Below the pieces are notes generated by a model that made no database searches, was not told the DNA's origin, and saw only the letters and a program-made list of their open reading frames with translations. The translations under genes were made by a program, and so were the position numbers. Shown piece by piece: positions 12,921 to 24,804 of a stretch of DNA of 64,000 nucleotides (its first letter is position 1; every line of letters begins with the position of its first letter). This stretch comes from Psammoneis japonica (Eukaryota): the NCBI GenBank assembly GCA_008632985.1, contig QPGO01000004.1, positions 682,001 through 746,000 of the forward strand, given 5' to 3'.

Positions 12921-13800
12921 GGAGAAGGATGGACAGTGAGCTAGGTGAGAATTTATGAATTTCACGTGTGCAGGTAAAGGATGTAGCTTGATTGGATGAA
13001 GAAGTAGTGTAAAGATTCGTTGTCCACATATCATATGACTCTATTCATGCGTGGAGGAAGAGCCCAGATCAGCTTCTCCACCACACTGCATGCCGGTTGA
13101 AGGTGAAATAATTTCATTTGACTAAGTCATTCTAGACTTCGAAAGTGGACTGAAGTCGCACATTGGCGCCGTCGATCTAAGGTGTTGGCCCGCCAACACA
13201 CCGCACGCTTTTGTGCGAGTCGTCAGACGAGATTTGAGACTACGACTGCTGAAATACTCAGCTACTCGCTCTCTAGAGAGAGCTATGCCAGAACTAGTAG
13301 TTGGTGGGCTACGGAATGTCCTCATTGCACAAAGTGACGGGACAATAAGTAACAACCCAATGATTTGTCATTTCTCTTCACCAAAATCCACATCAGGCTC
13401 AGATATCATCTGAGTTCGAGAGAATGCATGGAGGAGCAAGGAGTAAACGCCGAAAGCCGACGGTACATACCTGGAATGACTTTTCTGCAGCAACTGTGGG
13501 CGAGCCAGGGTCCTAGCCAGACTAATCTTGGGGGTACACACACAACACACAGTGTGAGCGAAGCAGGCACCGCCGCCATTGTGGATTGTGGAGCCGCGAT
13601 GCGGCATGCGGCCCACGGCGCAGCCTCGCCGGGGAATGAGGCGCCCGCGGAGCGGAAAAAAATGCGCACAGACAACATCCAATAAAAGTACGTTGTTACT
13701 CTGCAGAACCGGCAGCACACATCTTAGGCGCTGTCAAAGCCTGGATTCATGCCTGTGCTGCCTTCTTTCTTGTTTCTAAAGTCTGACCTTGCACTTTGCA

Positions 13801-14230
13801 TCACCACTTGCATTTCCACTTTTTGTTCTTTGCTGAAAGCTGCAAAAACTTGCAAATCTTGGTGCACTTGTGAGTCCCAAAGAAGTCATTCATGCCAGAT
13901 TTTCCCTTGTCTGTTCGACCAAACACCATCCGACGACCAATGGTTGAAGCATGGTGGATGGCAGGGTCAGTCAATTCAAAGGTGGGAGGGGACATTTCAG
14001 TGTTGAAGACACCTTGGAGATCACAAACCATGACCTTTTTGTCCACGCAGCGGTGGGTGAAGTGAGCAAAAGCTTGGAGGCAATTGGAAGGGTTGGTTCC
14101 ACCCCGAGGAGAGAATCTGTTGCGTCTGCTTCTCCATTTTCTGATTCAATGTCTGAGATGTCATGCTCATCAACAAAGGCCTCATCTTCCTTGATGACAG
14201 CACCAAGACCATGGCATTGCTGCTCCTTTT
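13801..14230 (-). pseudogene. Alpha-kinase (eEF2K/MHCK-type) C-terminal domain remnant
   Basis: CLQAFAHFTHRCVDKKVMVCDLQGV...LTDPAIH...FGRTDKGKSGMNDFFGTHKCTKIC matches the alpha-kinase consensus QAFSHFTY..VxDLQGV..LTDP.IH..FG.xDxG...FF.xH.C..xC. Frameshifted, and truncated by the copia fragment. Confidence 0.8.
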
Positions 14231-14234
14231 GGAG

Positions 14235-17200
14235 CTGAAAAAGGCACACAAGTCACCCAACCCGGCTCTCAACTTACATCGCCACAACAAACCCATCACC
14301 ACTGACACTGTGTGTTCCAGCACTCCTGCCATCAACTCTGTCTGCACCAGCACACAGCTCTTTGTTGGCATGGAATCACTCATCACCGATGTGTGCAGCA
14401 ACATGATGGACAAGGAATTTGTCAACACCCTCAAGACAACATTCGCAACCGTGGTGCTCCAGCCAAACTCATCAGCAATTGTGCTCAAGTTGAGATCAGC
14501 AACAAGGTTCTTGGCATCCTGCATGCTCTCTTATCTCCAGCCAATGAAGCAAGCCCCATCAACAGCATCAGAACTTTGCTGAGCACCGCCACCAAACGTG
14601 AAGAACATGGCCAACACCATCATGGATCGCTTCGGCTCCCCGGGCCCACACCTGGCCACTTGCCCTCATGTGCATGTGCTTCTTGCTCAACCACATGGCA
14701 TCTGCCAAGCTCTGCTGGCACCTCCTGCCAAAGTGATGTCTGGCTCTGCTCTCACATCAGCCCCCTCCTCCGCTTTCAATGATGGGAACCCGTGTGCTGC
14801 CATCTGGATGACTCCAACTGGCCGTCTGAATCTCCGAGTTGTGCAGTGCTTTGTTGGCATTGCTGAACATGTGGGCCATCAAATGACCTTCAAGATTCTC
14901 TCCAATGACACTCAGAAGATTCTGCACTGGTCTGACATCTGCTCTGCCACCGGCGAACCATCAATGCACAACTTGCATCTTGGTCCTCCTGATGGGGAGT
15001 CTGCTGAAGAGATTGCCGATTCATTAGATGGGGAGGAGATCAGGATGTCCAAGATGCCAGTCTTTGACCCCAAGGACATTGTTGGATGCACCTTCCTCAT
15101 GAAACCACAAGAGGGTGGACAATGCTGCAGAGCCCACATTGTCAAAGCCCAAGGACCACAACTGGGAGATCAGTGACAACCTGGACCTCGTCAAGTTCAT
15201 TTGTTCAGTCAGCAATGATGAATGTGAGGAGATCCTTGCCTGCCATGACATCATCCATCACATGGAGCAGGAAGAAGATGACACCACCATCTGGAAATTC
15301 TGCTGCATTGTGTCACATGAAGGACCGTTGAGACCTCATGACCACTCCTGGAAGGGCTCAAGCTACAATGTCATGCTTGGATGGGAAAGTGGGGAGATCA
15401 CGTCTGAACCCCTTGCCATCATTGCCAAGGATGATCCAGTCACCTGTGCCATCTTGCACGTGAGCATGGCCTCCTTGAAACTGATGGATGGAAGAGTTTT
15501 TGCAAGATGGCTCTGCATCAGAAGAAGCTGTTCCGCATGGCCAACCAAGCCAAGCTTTGCTTGTTTTGCACTGCACCATGATGCAAGTGTGGGATGCGAA
15601 GTGCCGCAAACCAAAAGCATGCCTTGGCCCTCAACAAATGCAACAGAAACGCAAGTGGGGCGATGCAACGGACCTCAGATGACTCAAATGGACAAGTGTG
15701 AGGTCTTCCACAATTGTGGGCACTGCAAGGACTCCAATGCCCCAGCAGGACACAAGAAGATCCGGGGCACCTGGGTTGTCAATGTCAAGCATGACAGCAG
15801 GCACAAGGCACATCTTGTTGCTGATGGACATCTCACCAACACACCATCAACAGCATCTGTTCTGGTGCAGTGTCTCCATGTGATCTCCAAATGATGATCT
15901 TTCTGGCTGAACTAAATGAGCTGGAGACATGGGCAACCAACACTGGCAATGCTCACTTGGAGGCTGCGACCAAGGAGAAACTGTGCATCATTGCAGGCCC
16001 CGAATTTGGAGATCTGGAAGGACACATCCTCGTCATCCACAAAACCCTGCACGGTCTCCACAGCTCTGGCCTCAGGTGGCATGAACGCTCCCTGATTGTC
16101 TGTGAGCTGAGGGGTTCTTTCATGTGTGCCGAACCTGACATCTGGCTGTGCAGGAATGGTGATCACTGTGAATGCGTGGCAGTGTGTGTGGACAATCTGG
16201 CCTTTGCCATGAAAGATCCCCGGGCCTTCATTGACACTCTCACAAAGAAATGCAAGTTCAAGCTCAAGGGCACTGGGACCTCCAGAGTTCCACCTTGGCT
16301 GCAACTTCTGTCGTGACTCCAATGGCACACTGTGCATGGCTCCTTGCAAGCACATTGAATGCATGGTCAAGAATTGTGCATGACTGTTTGGGGAGAAACC
16401 TTGCACCAATGCACTGTCACCTCTCGAGAAGGGAGACCACCCTGAGCACAACACCTCCGAACTGCTGGAACCTGAAGGCATCCAACACTTCCAGTCCCTT
16501 GTGGTTCCCTGCAATGGGCTGCATCCCTTGGACGCATTGACGTTGCTGCAGCCATCATGTCCCTCTCCAGCTCAAGTGCTGCACCTCGTCAAGGCCACTT
16601 GGATTGAGCCAAATGCATCTGTGGATTCTTGTGCAAGATGCAACATGGTGCACTGCAAGTGCGCACTGAGGAACCTGATCATTTGGACCTTCCCAAGCCC
16701 ATGTGCAACTGGACTCAAACCATGTGCAGTGATGTGAAGGAATTGATCCCTGAAGATGCACCCAAGCCCCTTGGCAAGTTTGTCACCACTGCACACTGTG
16801 TCAACGCAAACTTGCTCCATTGCATGCTCACTGGACACTCCAACACAGCATCCTTCACATCCTCAATGAGTTTCCAGTTGATTGGCTCTCCAAGAAACAG
16901 GCTGCAGTTGAGACCACAACTTGTGGATCTGAGTTTGTCACTGCCAGGATGTGTGCAGAACAGATCATTGATCTGTGCACCACACTGCATCACCTCGGAG
17001 TCCCCACCCGTGACAAATGTTGCATGTTCAGGGACAACAAGTCAGTTGTGGACAGTGCCACCATCCCGCACTCCAAGTCACACAAGCAACACACTGCCCT
17101 CTTGTTCCATCATGCACATGGGGCAATTGCCTCCGGTTTCCTTGAGCTCCACTTTGTCAAAGGTTCCGCAACCCCGCTGACATCCTCAGCAAACACTGGG

Positions 17201-17566
17201 GATGCTCCCAGGTTTGAAACCTCCTCCTTCCTCTCATGTTTTGGAACTTCAATCCCAATGCCTTCTTTGAATTTGACCTCAAATCCATTGCTGTGGACTC
17301 CTCAAGCAAACTGGGGAGTGACAGGATTTGAACAAGATTTTAGTTTGTCACACACAATTGTGTGTGCTCTTGGTTCTGCGTGTGACGTGCATGATGCAGT
17401 TTGCTTTCAAGCCACTGGGCTCACAAGAATGACAACAGCAGCGCTGACATCATGACACCAGTCTTTTGGTCACTGCAACAGCGTTTGCATGGATGCTCAT
17501 CTGCTGTTTAGACAACAGCAAGGAGTTGTTGTTTTTCTTCCACCCAGTCATCTTCAATTTCTGTCA
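14235..17566 (+). mobile_element. 5'-truncated, heavily degenerate Ty1/copia (CoDi-like family A): integrase, RT, RNase H, PPT and 3' LTR (17319-17566)
   Basis: KSPNPALN..TDTVC..QLFVG, FVGIAEHVGHQMTFKIL, VKHDSRHKAHLVADGHLT, VAVCVDN and VETTTCGSEF. PPT ctggggag. Many frameshifts. Confidence 0.92.
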
Positions 17567-19194
17567 ACTGCTCAGAAGTGTCTCTTTCCAAATTCATGCG
17601 TGCATTGTGGAGTCAAGATGCCCAGCTGCAAGGGCAAGCAATGGCTTTGGGGAGCACCCGGCAATCTTGAAGTGCAAAACTCATGAGCTTTCTTGTTGGC
17701 TTTGGGCTCTCATTGCCTTCAATGCTCTTGGTTGATGACACTTTGACAACCACTTTGTGAAAGGCCTGAGACAGGTTCTGAAGCTCAAGACAAACCAACA
17801 AATCAACATCATCTTTGCCAACAGGAGTTTGTGTTGAAGCAATCTCTTTGCATCTTGCTCTCTTGCATCCATGACATGTGCTGTCATTGCTGAAACACAA
17901 AACTTGCCCTTTCAAGTGACCTCCTTCCGTCTGTCACAATGCACATCACATGCCCTGTGCATGTGTTGGGCGCTGAAAAGAAGATGTGTTGCGACTTTGT
18001 CGTTGTGAAAATTGTGAGCTAGTTTAGAGCAGAGAAAGTGGGATCGTGCAAACAGGGAATCTTGCCAAATCCCCATTCGTTTGCATTTGGATCGCATCAA
18101 ATCGATCGTGCGTTCGCATCATGGATCGTGCGAATCAAGCCATCACGTGCCATGCACGAGTGACGTCATCGTGTGGAATCATGCTGCCATTGTGGGCCAG
18201 ACGACGGGCCAGTGTGCTTCACACGGATGCTCTCTCAGCATCCTTCTGGAATTTCCTAAGACCTGGAGCCACGCCCTCCTGTGGTCATGCTCCCCAGGTG
18301 CGCGTTGACAATGCTGCGTTGTCACGCACAAGAGGCTCATGCACGGTCTCACCGTGTTGTCCAGCAGCGAGGCATGCTGCACACAAAACTCTTGGATGAT
18401 GAGTCAAGTGTGATCAAGATTTGGTGACACAGTGTTGCCACAGCTTCCACATCTGTCTTTTGCATGTTCTTTGGCGAGATTTTGACAATCAGATCTTGTC
18501 TGTTTTGTTCTCTCCATTTCAGGCATGCACCACATCTTGCAACAGCTGCTTTCAATGCGCTTGGTCCACACAGGCAAGACACAAATGGACTTTCAATCAA
18601 TCAACCACTGACAGTTGGAACACACAGCTTTTGCACAAGTTGCGCCCACACAGTTTGATCTTGATGACATCTTGATCCCTCAAGTTGATGCCACTGGACA
18701 AGCAGCACTCTTCAATTGGCTTGCATGTCAAACTTCCCTCCAACATTTCAAGACAGATTGATGTCATTTCAACTGAAGGCAGTGGTTTGCTTCAATGTGT
18801 TAGATGCAAAAATGCTGTCTTTGTCACACACCACTTTTCTGTGCGCAAGCACCCACCAGTGCAGCCCCTGCATGTGTTTCTGTGTGTGCTCTTGTGCAGA
18901 TGTCACCCTTTTTAGACTGCGCTTTGCTGGGTCCCCTGACACCCTTTTGGCCCCTTCTGCCATTGGTGCACCCTCATTTCACCATGATGTTGCATGATCA
19001 TGTGCAATGATTTTCAGTGGAAAACGACTGGCACTGACGCCTCATGGCTTGCATGCTTGTTGTCTCATTTGGTGATTTTTTGCAGATTTGGTGCAGTTTC
19101 TCTACACAGAATCTAGCACAAATTCTGCGTGCTTCAGAAATGTCCACCAATGATCACAATGTCTTCGATGCCATCAAGTTCCATCCATGCCTGA

Positions 19195-22100
19195 TGACAG
19201 AAATTGAAGGCAAATGGCAAGAATTCAAACAACAACTCCTCACTGCTGTCTAAATGGCAGATGAGTCTCCGCTCAGAGACCGTTGCAGGAGCCGAAAGAT
19301 GCGCAGGTCAGTGCAATCGGGCTGCTGTTGTCATTCTTGTGAGCCTTGTGGCTCGAAAGCAAACTGCATCGTGTGCGAACGCGCGGAACTAAAGCACACA
19401 AAACTGTGCGCGGCAAACTAAACAGCGCGCGACATTTTGCGCGCACCCAAATCCTGTTCAAATCCTGTCACTCCCCAGTTTGCTTGAGGAGCCACAGAAA
19501 CAGATTCGATTTCGGATGGAATGAAGTTCCAGAACATGAGGGGGCGGAGAAGGTCCCAGATTTGGGAGCAACCCCAATGCTTGCTGAGAATGTCAGCAGG
19601 GTTGTGGGAGCCTTCGATGAAGTGGAACTCAAGGCAACCAGAGGCAATTGCCTCGCGCACACGGTGGAACGACAGTGCGGTGTGTCGCTTGTGTGGCTTG
19701 GAGTGCGGGATGGTGGCACTGTCTACAACCGACTTGTTGTCACCGAACATGCAACTGACACCACGGATCGGGACGCCAAGGCAGCGCAGGGTGATGCGCA
19801 GGTCGACAATCTGCTCGACACAAGTCCTTGCGGCAACAAATTCAGACCCGCAGGTCGCAGTCTCCATGGTGGCTTGCTTCTTAGAGAACCAATCAGCCGG
19901 GAATTTGTTGAGGAAGTGGAGCATTCCCATGACAGAGCGTCCGGTGAGCATGCAATGGTGCAAGTTTGCATCGATGCAGTGGGTGGCAGTGATGAACTTG
20001 CCAAGGGGCGGTGGAGCATCCTTTGGGATCATCTCTTCTGCTTCGCCGTACACGGAATGCATCCATTCACAGGCCGGAGCAGGGAGATCCGAATGGTCGG
20101 GCTCTTCCGTGCGAACGCGGAGAGCGCCATGTCGCATCTTGGAGAGGTGCCCACAGACGCGTTTGGCACGATCCAAGTGGCCTTGACGGGGTGCAGCTCG
20201 GAAGCTAGAGAGTGACATGACGGCCGTGGTGATGTCAATTCAACCAAGGGACACTGCCCATTGGAGTGAACCAACAAGAGACTGGAGCTTGTGAATGCCA
20301 TCGGGCCCCAGCAGTTCGGAAGTGTCCAGCTGTCGATGGGTACGTCCGTGAGGTGCCCATCGGCTACGACTCGTGCCTTGTGGCGACCGTCGTGTTTCAC
20401 GTCGTACACCAGGTGCACTCGGATCTTCTTGTGTCCTGCAGGAGGAGTGGAAGACTCGAAGGGCCCGCAGTCATGGAAGACTTCGTATTCCTCGAGTTGG
20501 TCCATCTCGAGATTAGTTGCGTCTCCCCATTTGCGGTTGCCGTTGCGTTCGTCTAGTGACATGGCGTGTTTGTGGTTCCGGGGAACTTTGCATCCGCACT
20601 TGCAGCGAGGTGCAGTGTGGAAGGAGCGAAGCTTGGCTTGGTTGGCCATGCGAAATAGCTTCTTCTGGCGCCTCGCGATGGTGCGGAACCGCTTCCAGCC
20701 ATCAGTGTCGAGAAGTCCATTCTCTCGTGCATAGATGGCGCAGGTGACGGGGTCATCCTTGGCGATGATGGCAAGAGGTTCGGACGTGATCTCCCCACTT
20801 TCCCATTCAAGCATGATGTTGTAGCTTGAGCCTTTCCAGGTTGGGTCATGAGGCTTCAGAGGTCCTTTGTGTGACACGATGCGTCAAAATTTCCAAACAG
20901 CAGTGTCTTCGTCTTCTTGCTCAATGTGATTCATGATGTCGTTGCAGGCAAGGACTTCCTCGCATTCATCATTGTTGACAGAGCATGCGGACTTGGTGAG
21001 CTCGGGATTGCCGTTCACTTTCCATTCATGGTCTTCGATGGCCTTGACGATGCGAGCTCTGTGGCGTTGTCCGTCCTCTTGTGACTGCATGAGGAAGGTG
21101 CGTCCGATGATGTCTTGTGGATCAAAAACTGGCATCTTGGGTGTCCTGATCTCCCCATCAGGAGAATCGACGGGGTTGTCATCATGGCGAGATTTGATGA
21201 TGGGTTCAGGTGGCTCCCCATCAGGAGGATCAAGATGCAGGTTTCGAACGGCAGGATCGGTGGCAGCGGATCGTACGTTGGACCGGTGGAGGATCTTCTG
21301 AGTCTCGTCAGAGAGAATCTTGAAGGTCATCTGGTGGCCGACGTGCTCAGCAATGCCAACAAAGCGTCCACGCAACTCACGGGATTTGGACGGCCAATCG
21401 GAGTCATCGAGGTGGAAGTGCACGGGTTCCCACCAGTGAAAGCAAAGCAATGGGCTGATGTCCGGGGTGGAGCCAGTGAGAGTCTCGAGGGGCGTGTGCC
21501 AGTGGAGATGTGGGGACGCTGCATGGTTGAGTGTGAAGCACACGTGCATGAGCGCCAGCAGCCATGTGTGGGCAGGCGAACCGAAACAATCCATGACAGT
21601 GTTCGCCATGCACTTCACGGTCTGGTGTCGACGCTTGGCAAAGTTTTGGTGTTGCTGGTGAGGCTCACTTTGCCAGCTGGAGATGAGGAGGGCTCGTAGA
21701 ATCCCGAGCACCTTGTTGCTGATCTCAACTTGAGCACGGTCGCTAATGAGTTTGGATGGGGCACCACGCTCACGGATCTGATCCTCGAGTGTGTTGACAA
21801 ACTCTTTGTCCGTCTTGGTGCCGTGGATGTCAGTGACGGTAGACTCGGTGCCAACAAACAGTTGGGCGCTGGTGCAACCAGAGTCGACGGCCGGGGTGTC
21901 GGCACAAACGGTGTCAGTGGCGACAGGCTCGTTGCAGCGGTGCACATTAAGGGCGGGGTTGGGTGATTTGCAGGCCTTCCTAAGGTGTGTGCCGGCGGGC
22001 ATGCGGACGCACTGCGTGGTGCAGTCAAAAGTACGATGGACCGCATCGGCAGGTAGGAAGCCAAAGTGAGGCCGAAGAGACTCGAAGGGGGGGTCCTTGG

Positions 22101-24799
22101 GCTGCACAGTGCGCTCCGGGGGCGGAACGTCGTCGTCCTTGGGGTCAATCGCGTGTAGATGACACTCGTAGAACACGTCGTCGTTCGGGATGAGGTGATC
22201 ATCGAGGGCGGACGCGTGATTGGCAGACAAGGAAGTGGACATGATGGTCTCGTTGACAATGACACGATGACGGCAGTTGCCGCACTCGTCAAACAGGTTG
22301 GCAGTGGGATCGTCCTGCAGGTCAGAGATCGCGTCGCACCACTGGTCGTCATCAGTGACAGAGTGATCGAGGACGGAAGGATCCCATGTGTCATCACCAG
22401 TGAGGATGACATGGGGCAGGGTGTCCCATTCGGCGTCAGTGTGAGGTCGCATGGCAACACAAGGCAGGCCGCCCTTGATGTCAATGGGGATGACACAGCC
22501 ATCAGGAGTGGCAGTGCGTTGCAAGCCATTGGGCACCTTGACAGAGCAATCGTTGACATCCTGTTTGCACCATTCGAGCTGGCCGCAGGAATGAATGGTC
22601 TTGCCCTTGCCCGTGCATGCGCACTGATGGAGGATGGCGATGACGGGACCACGCTGGGTCTCAATGACGGCACCAGCGGCGACAATGGGGATGTCCACCA
22701 ATTGATGGTCGTCAATGCCCTGAACGTCGACTTGGCGAGAGGTGCGTGCAATGACGCGAACGTCGTCGCCAGCAATGCCGCCGTTGGCCCCACGATCGAC
22801 TAGAGCACCAGTGCGGGTGGAGCGATGAGCAGAGGCAGAGCAAATGACATTGTGGTCATTGACGCGGCGGCAAGTGCGGCCGTCAAGTTCTGTGTCATCG
22901 GCAGGAGCTGGCAGGGCAGAGGGAGCGGCGGATGGCCCCGGTCGGCCAGCGTTGGGGGCTTGGTTAGGAGACAACAGACGTTGCAGATCACCGGGTGGCA
23001 GTGGCTTGCGCTTGGTGAGGTGCGCCAGGATGGGATTGTCCGAAGTGGCATCCACATTTGGAGCGGATTCACCAGAGTCAGCAGGAGTCGTGTTGGACAA
23101 GTTGACATCACCGTCACTCCCAAGGCGTTGGTCGTGAAGGTTGGCCGTAATGGACTCATGGCAGTTGCTGGCTCGCGGGTTGCGGGGAGGCGGACGAGAA
23201 TGCTCAAGGATGATCGCCTTGGAGGAATGGGGCAACGAATCCCAAATCCGTTGGTGGTCGGGAGGGAGACGTTTTCATTGGTCACCGGTGAGGCTGGGAC
23301 CACGGGTGCAGGCAGCATTGGCCTGAAGGACATCAATGTCGCTGTCAATGTCGCAGAACACATCGTCAGACGGTTCCTCGGAGCAGACGTTGTGTGCGCA
23401 CATGGCACGTCGGGGAGCTCGAGGTGTCGTCTTGGGTTGAAACGCACTGTCGCATTGAGCCGCCGCGGAGAGGAGCAAGCCACAGTGTTGATCGCATGTG
23501 AGGCTCTTGCCACTCTGCGTGCGATGCTGATCAGCTTGGTTCTTGACAGCACGGAGTTCCTCGACAGGGTGTGCGGCATTCTCGAGCATGACGCGCTTCT
23601 GTCCTTCAGAGAAGTGGTCACTGGCCGGGATGAGTGCCTCGCACTTGCGCAACTGATCTTGCCAATGAAGGATGAACCCGTGGGTCGGACCTTTCCAAGT
23701 GCCATCACCAAGACGTGCGGTGGTGAGGTGCGTGAGCAAGGTGGAGGACTCGATGGATGCGCGGGTGGAGGCAAGCGCATGCTCAGACAAGGCGCGGTGG
23801 ACAGTCTGGGCATCAGAAGACCCCACATTTTCGCGAATGAGAGCCTTGCCCTTGTCGGTGAGAAGGATGCATTCGAAGATGGCGAACATGCACTTTTGCT
23901 GTTCAGCAAAGAGCAGTTTGTCTTCGGGGCTGGTCGGTTTGTACGACGAGTCTAGAATGCACTCGACGTCTTGGGCACGGGCTTGTGCCACAAGTGAGGT
24001 GTGCCAAGTGTGCCACTGCTTGTCGGATTTGAGAGCCGTGAAAGCGGTGGGGTCACGCTTGATGCCTCGCTTGAAGTCTCGCACCGGGTCGCGTGCCTTG
24101 GTCGGGTTGGTGACATGCGGAGGTGCGAGGGGTGAGCTGCCGACGGACACAGAAGACATGCAGTCGGGGCTGAGGCGGTGGGCAAGGAACTCGTCATGCG
24201 TGAACAATGAGGAGTCATTGGCAACGTCAAGACCTTCGTGTGCTTTGACAATGTACAGACTGACTAGAGCTGCTAACATGTTCTTATAACCGCGGGGCAA
24301 AGGGACCACATTGGTGCCGTTGTCGCACTCAAGCGAGTCGATTTGGGACGGCATGAACATGAACAGTTCTTGATGCGAGTCCGTGCCGTCTTGGGCCAAA
24401 GCCAAACGAAGAGGGCTCCCAGCACCTTGGGCAAGTGCGGTTCCAACAACGTGCTCAAAACCATCGGTTTGTTGCTGACGAGTGAGAACCATGGTAGACA
24501 AAAGTGGTGTCAGAACAAGAATCTGACAGAAATTGAAGGCAAATGGCAAGAATTCAAACAACAACTCCTTGCTGCTGTCTAAACAGCAGATGAGTCTCCG
24601 CTCAGAGACCGTCACAGGAGCCGAAAGACGTGCAAGTCGGCACAATCGGGCCACTGTTGTTGTTCTTGTGAGCCTTGTGGCTCGAAAGCAAACTGCATCG
24701 CGCGCGAACGCGCGGAACTAAAGCACACAAAACTGTGCGCGGCAAACTAAACAGCGCGCGACATTTCGCGCGCACCTAAATCCTGTTCAAATCCTGTCA
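19195..24799 (-). mobile_element. Ty1/copia (CoDi-like family A) with both LTRs (19195-19470, 24524-24799) and 5-bp TSD CCTGA; RT core deleted
   Basis: 276-bp TG..CA LTRs. CCTGA at 19190-19194 and 24800-24804. PPT at 19471-19480. Domain order gag, protease (LVDRGANGG), integrase, RT, RNase H. Confidence 0.97.
19480..24492 (-). pseudogene. gag-pol polyprotein pseudogene of the 19195-24799 element
   Basis: ATG at 24492 (MVLTRQQQ). ORFs 23275-24654, 20884-23235 and 20029-20877 share one frame, broken by TGA at 23275 and 20884. Deletion junction at ~20330. RNase H lies in ORF 19418-20218. Confidence 0.92.
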
Positions 24800-24804
24800 C
24801 CTGA

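Noticed and set aside
22825..23955. Long antisense ORF (376 aa) in the copia element
   Set aside because: Expected shadow ORF, given the GC-rich codons and loss of TA-containing stops.
19418..24654. Alternative genetic code or Tyr reassignment; TGA read-through in pol
   Set aside because: Neighbouring host genes use TAY for conserved Tyr, and sister copies differ (C vs H) at the same site. The TGAs fit point mutations from TGG or CGA.
19195..24799. ADAR-type RNA editing or RT error fixed at retrotransposition
   Set aside because: Changes occur on both strands, differ between twin LTRs, and also affect TSDs and DNA transposons.
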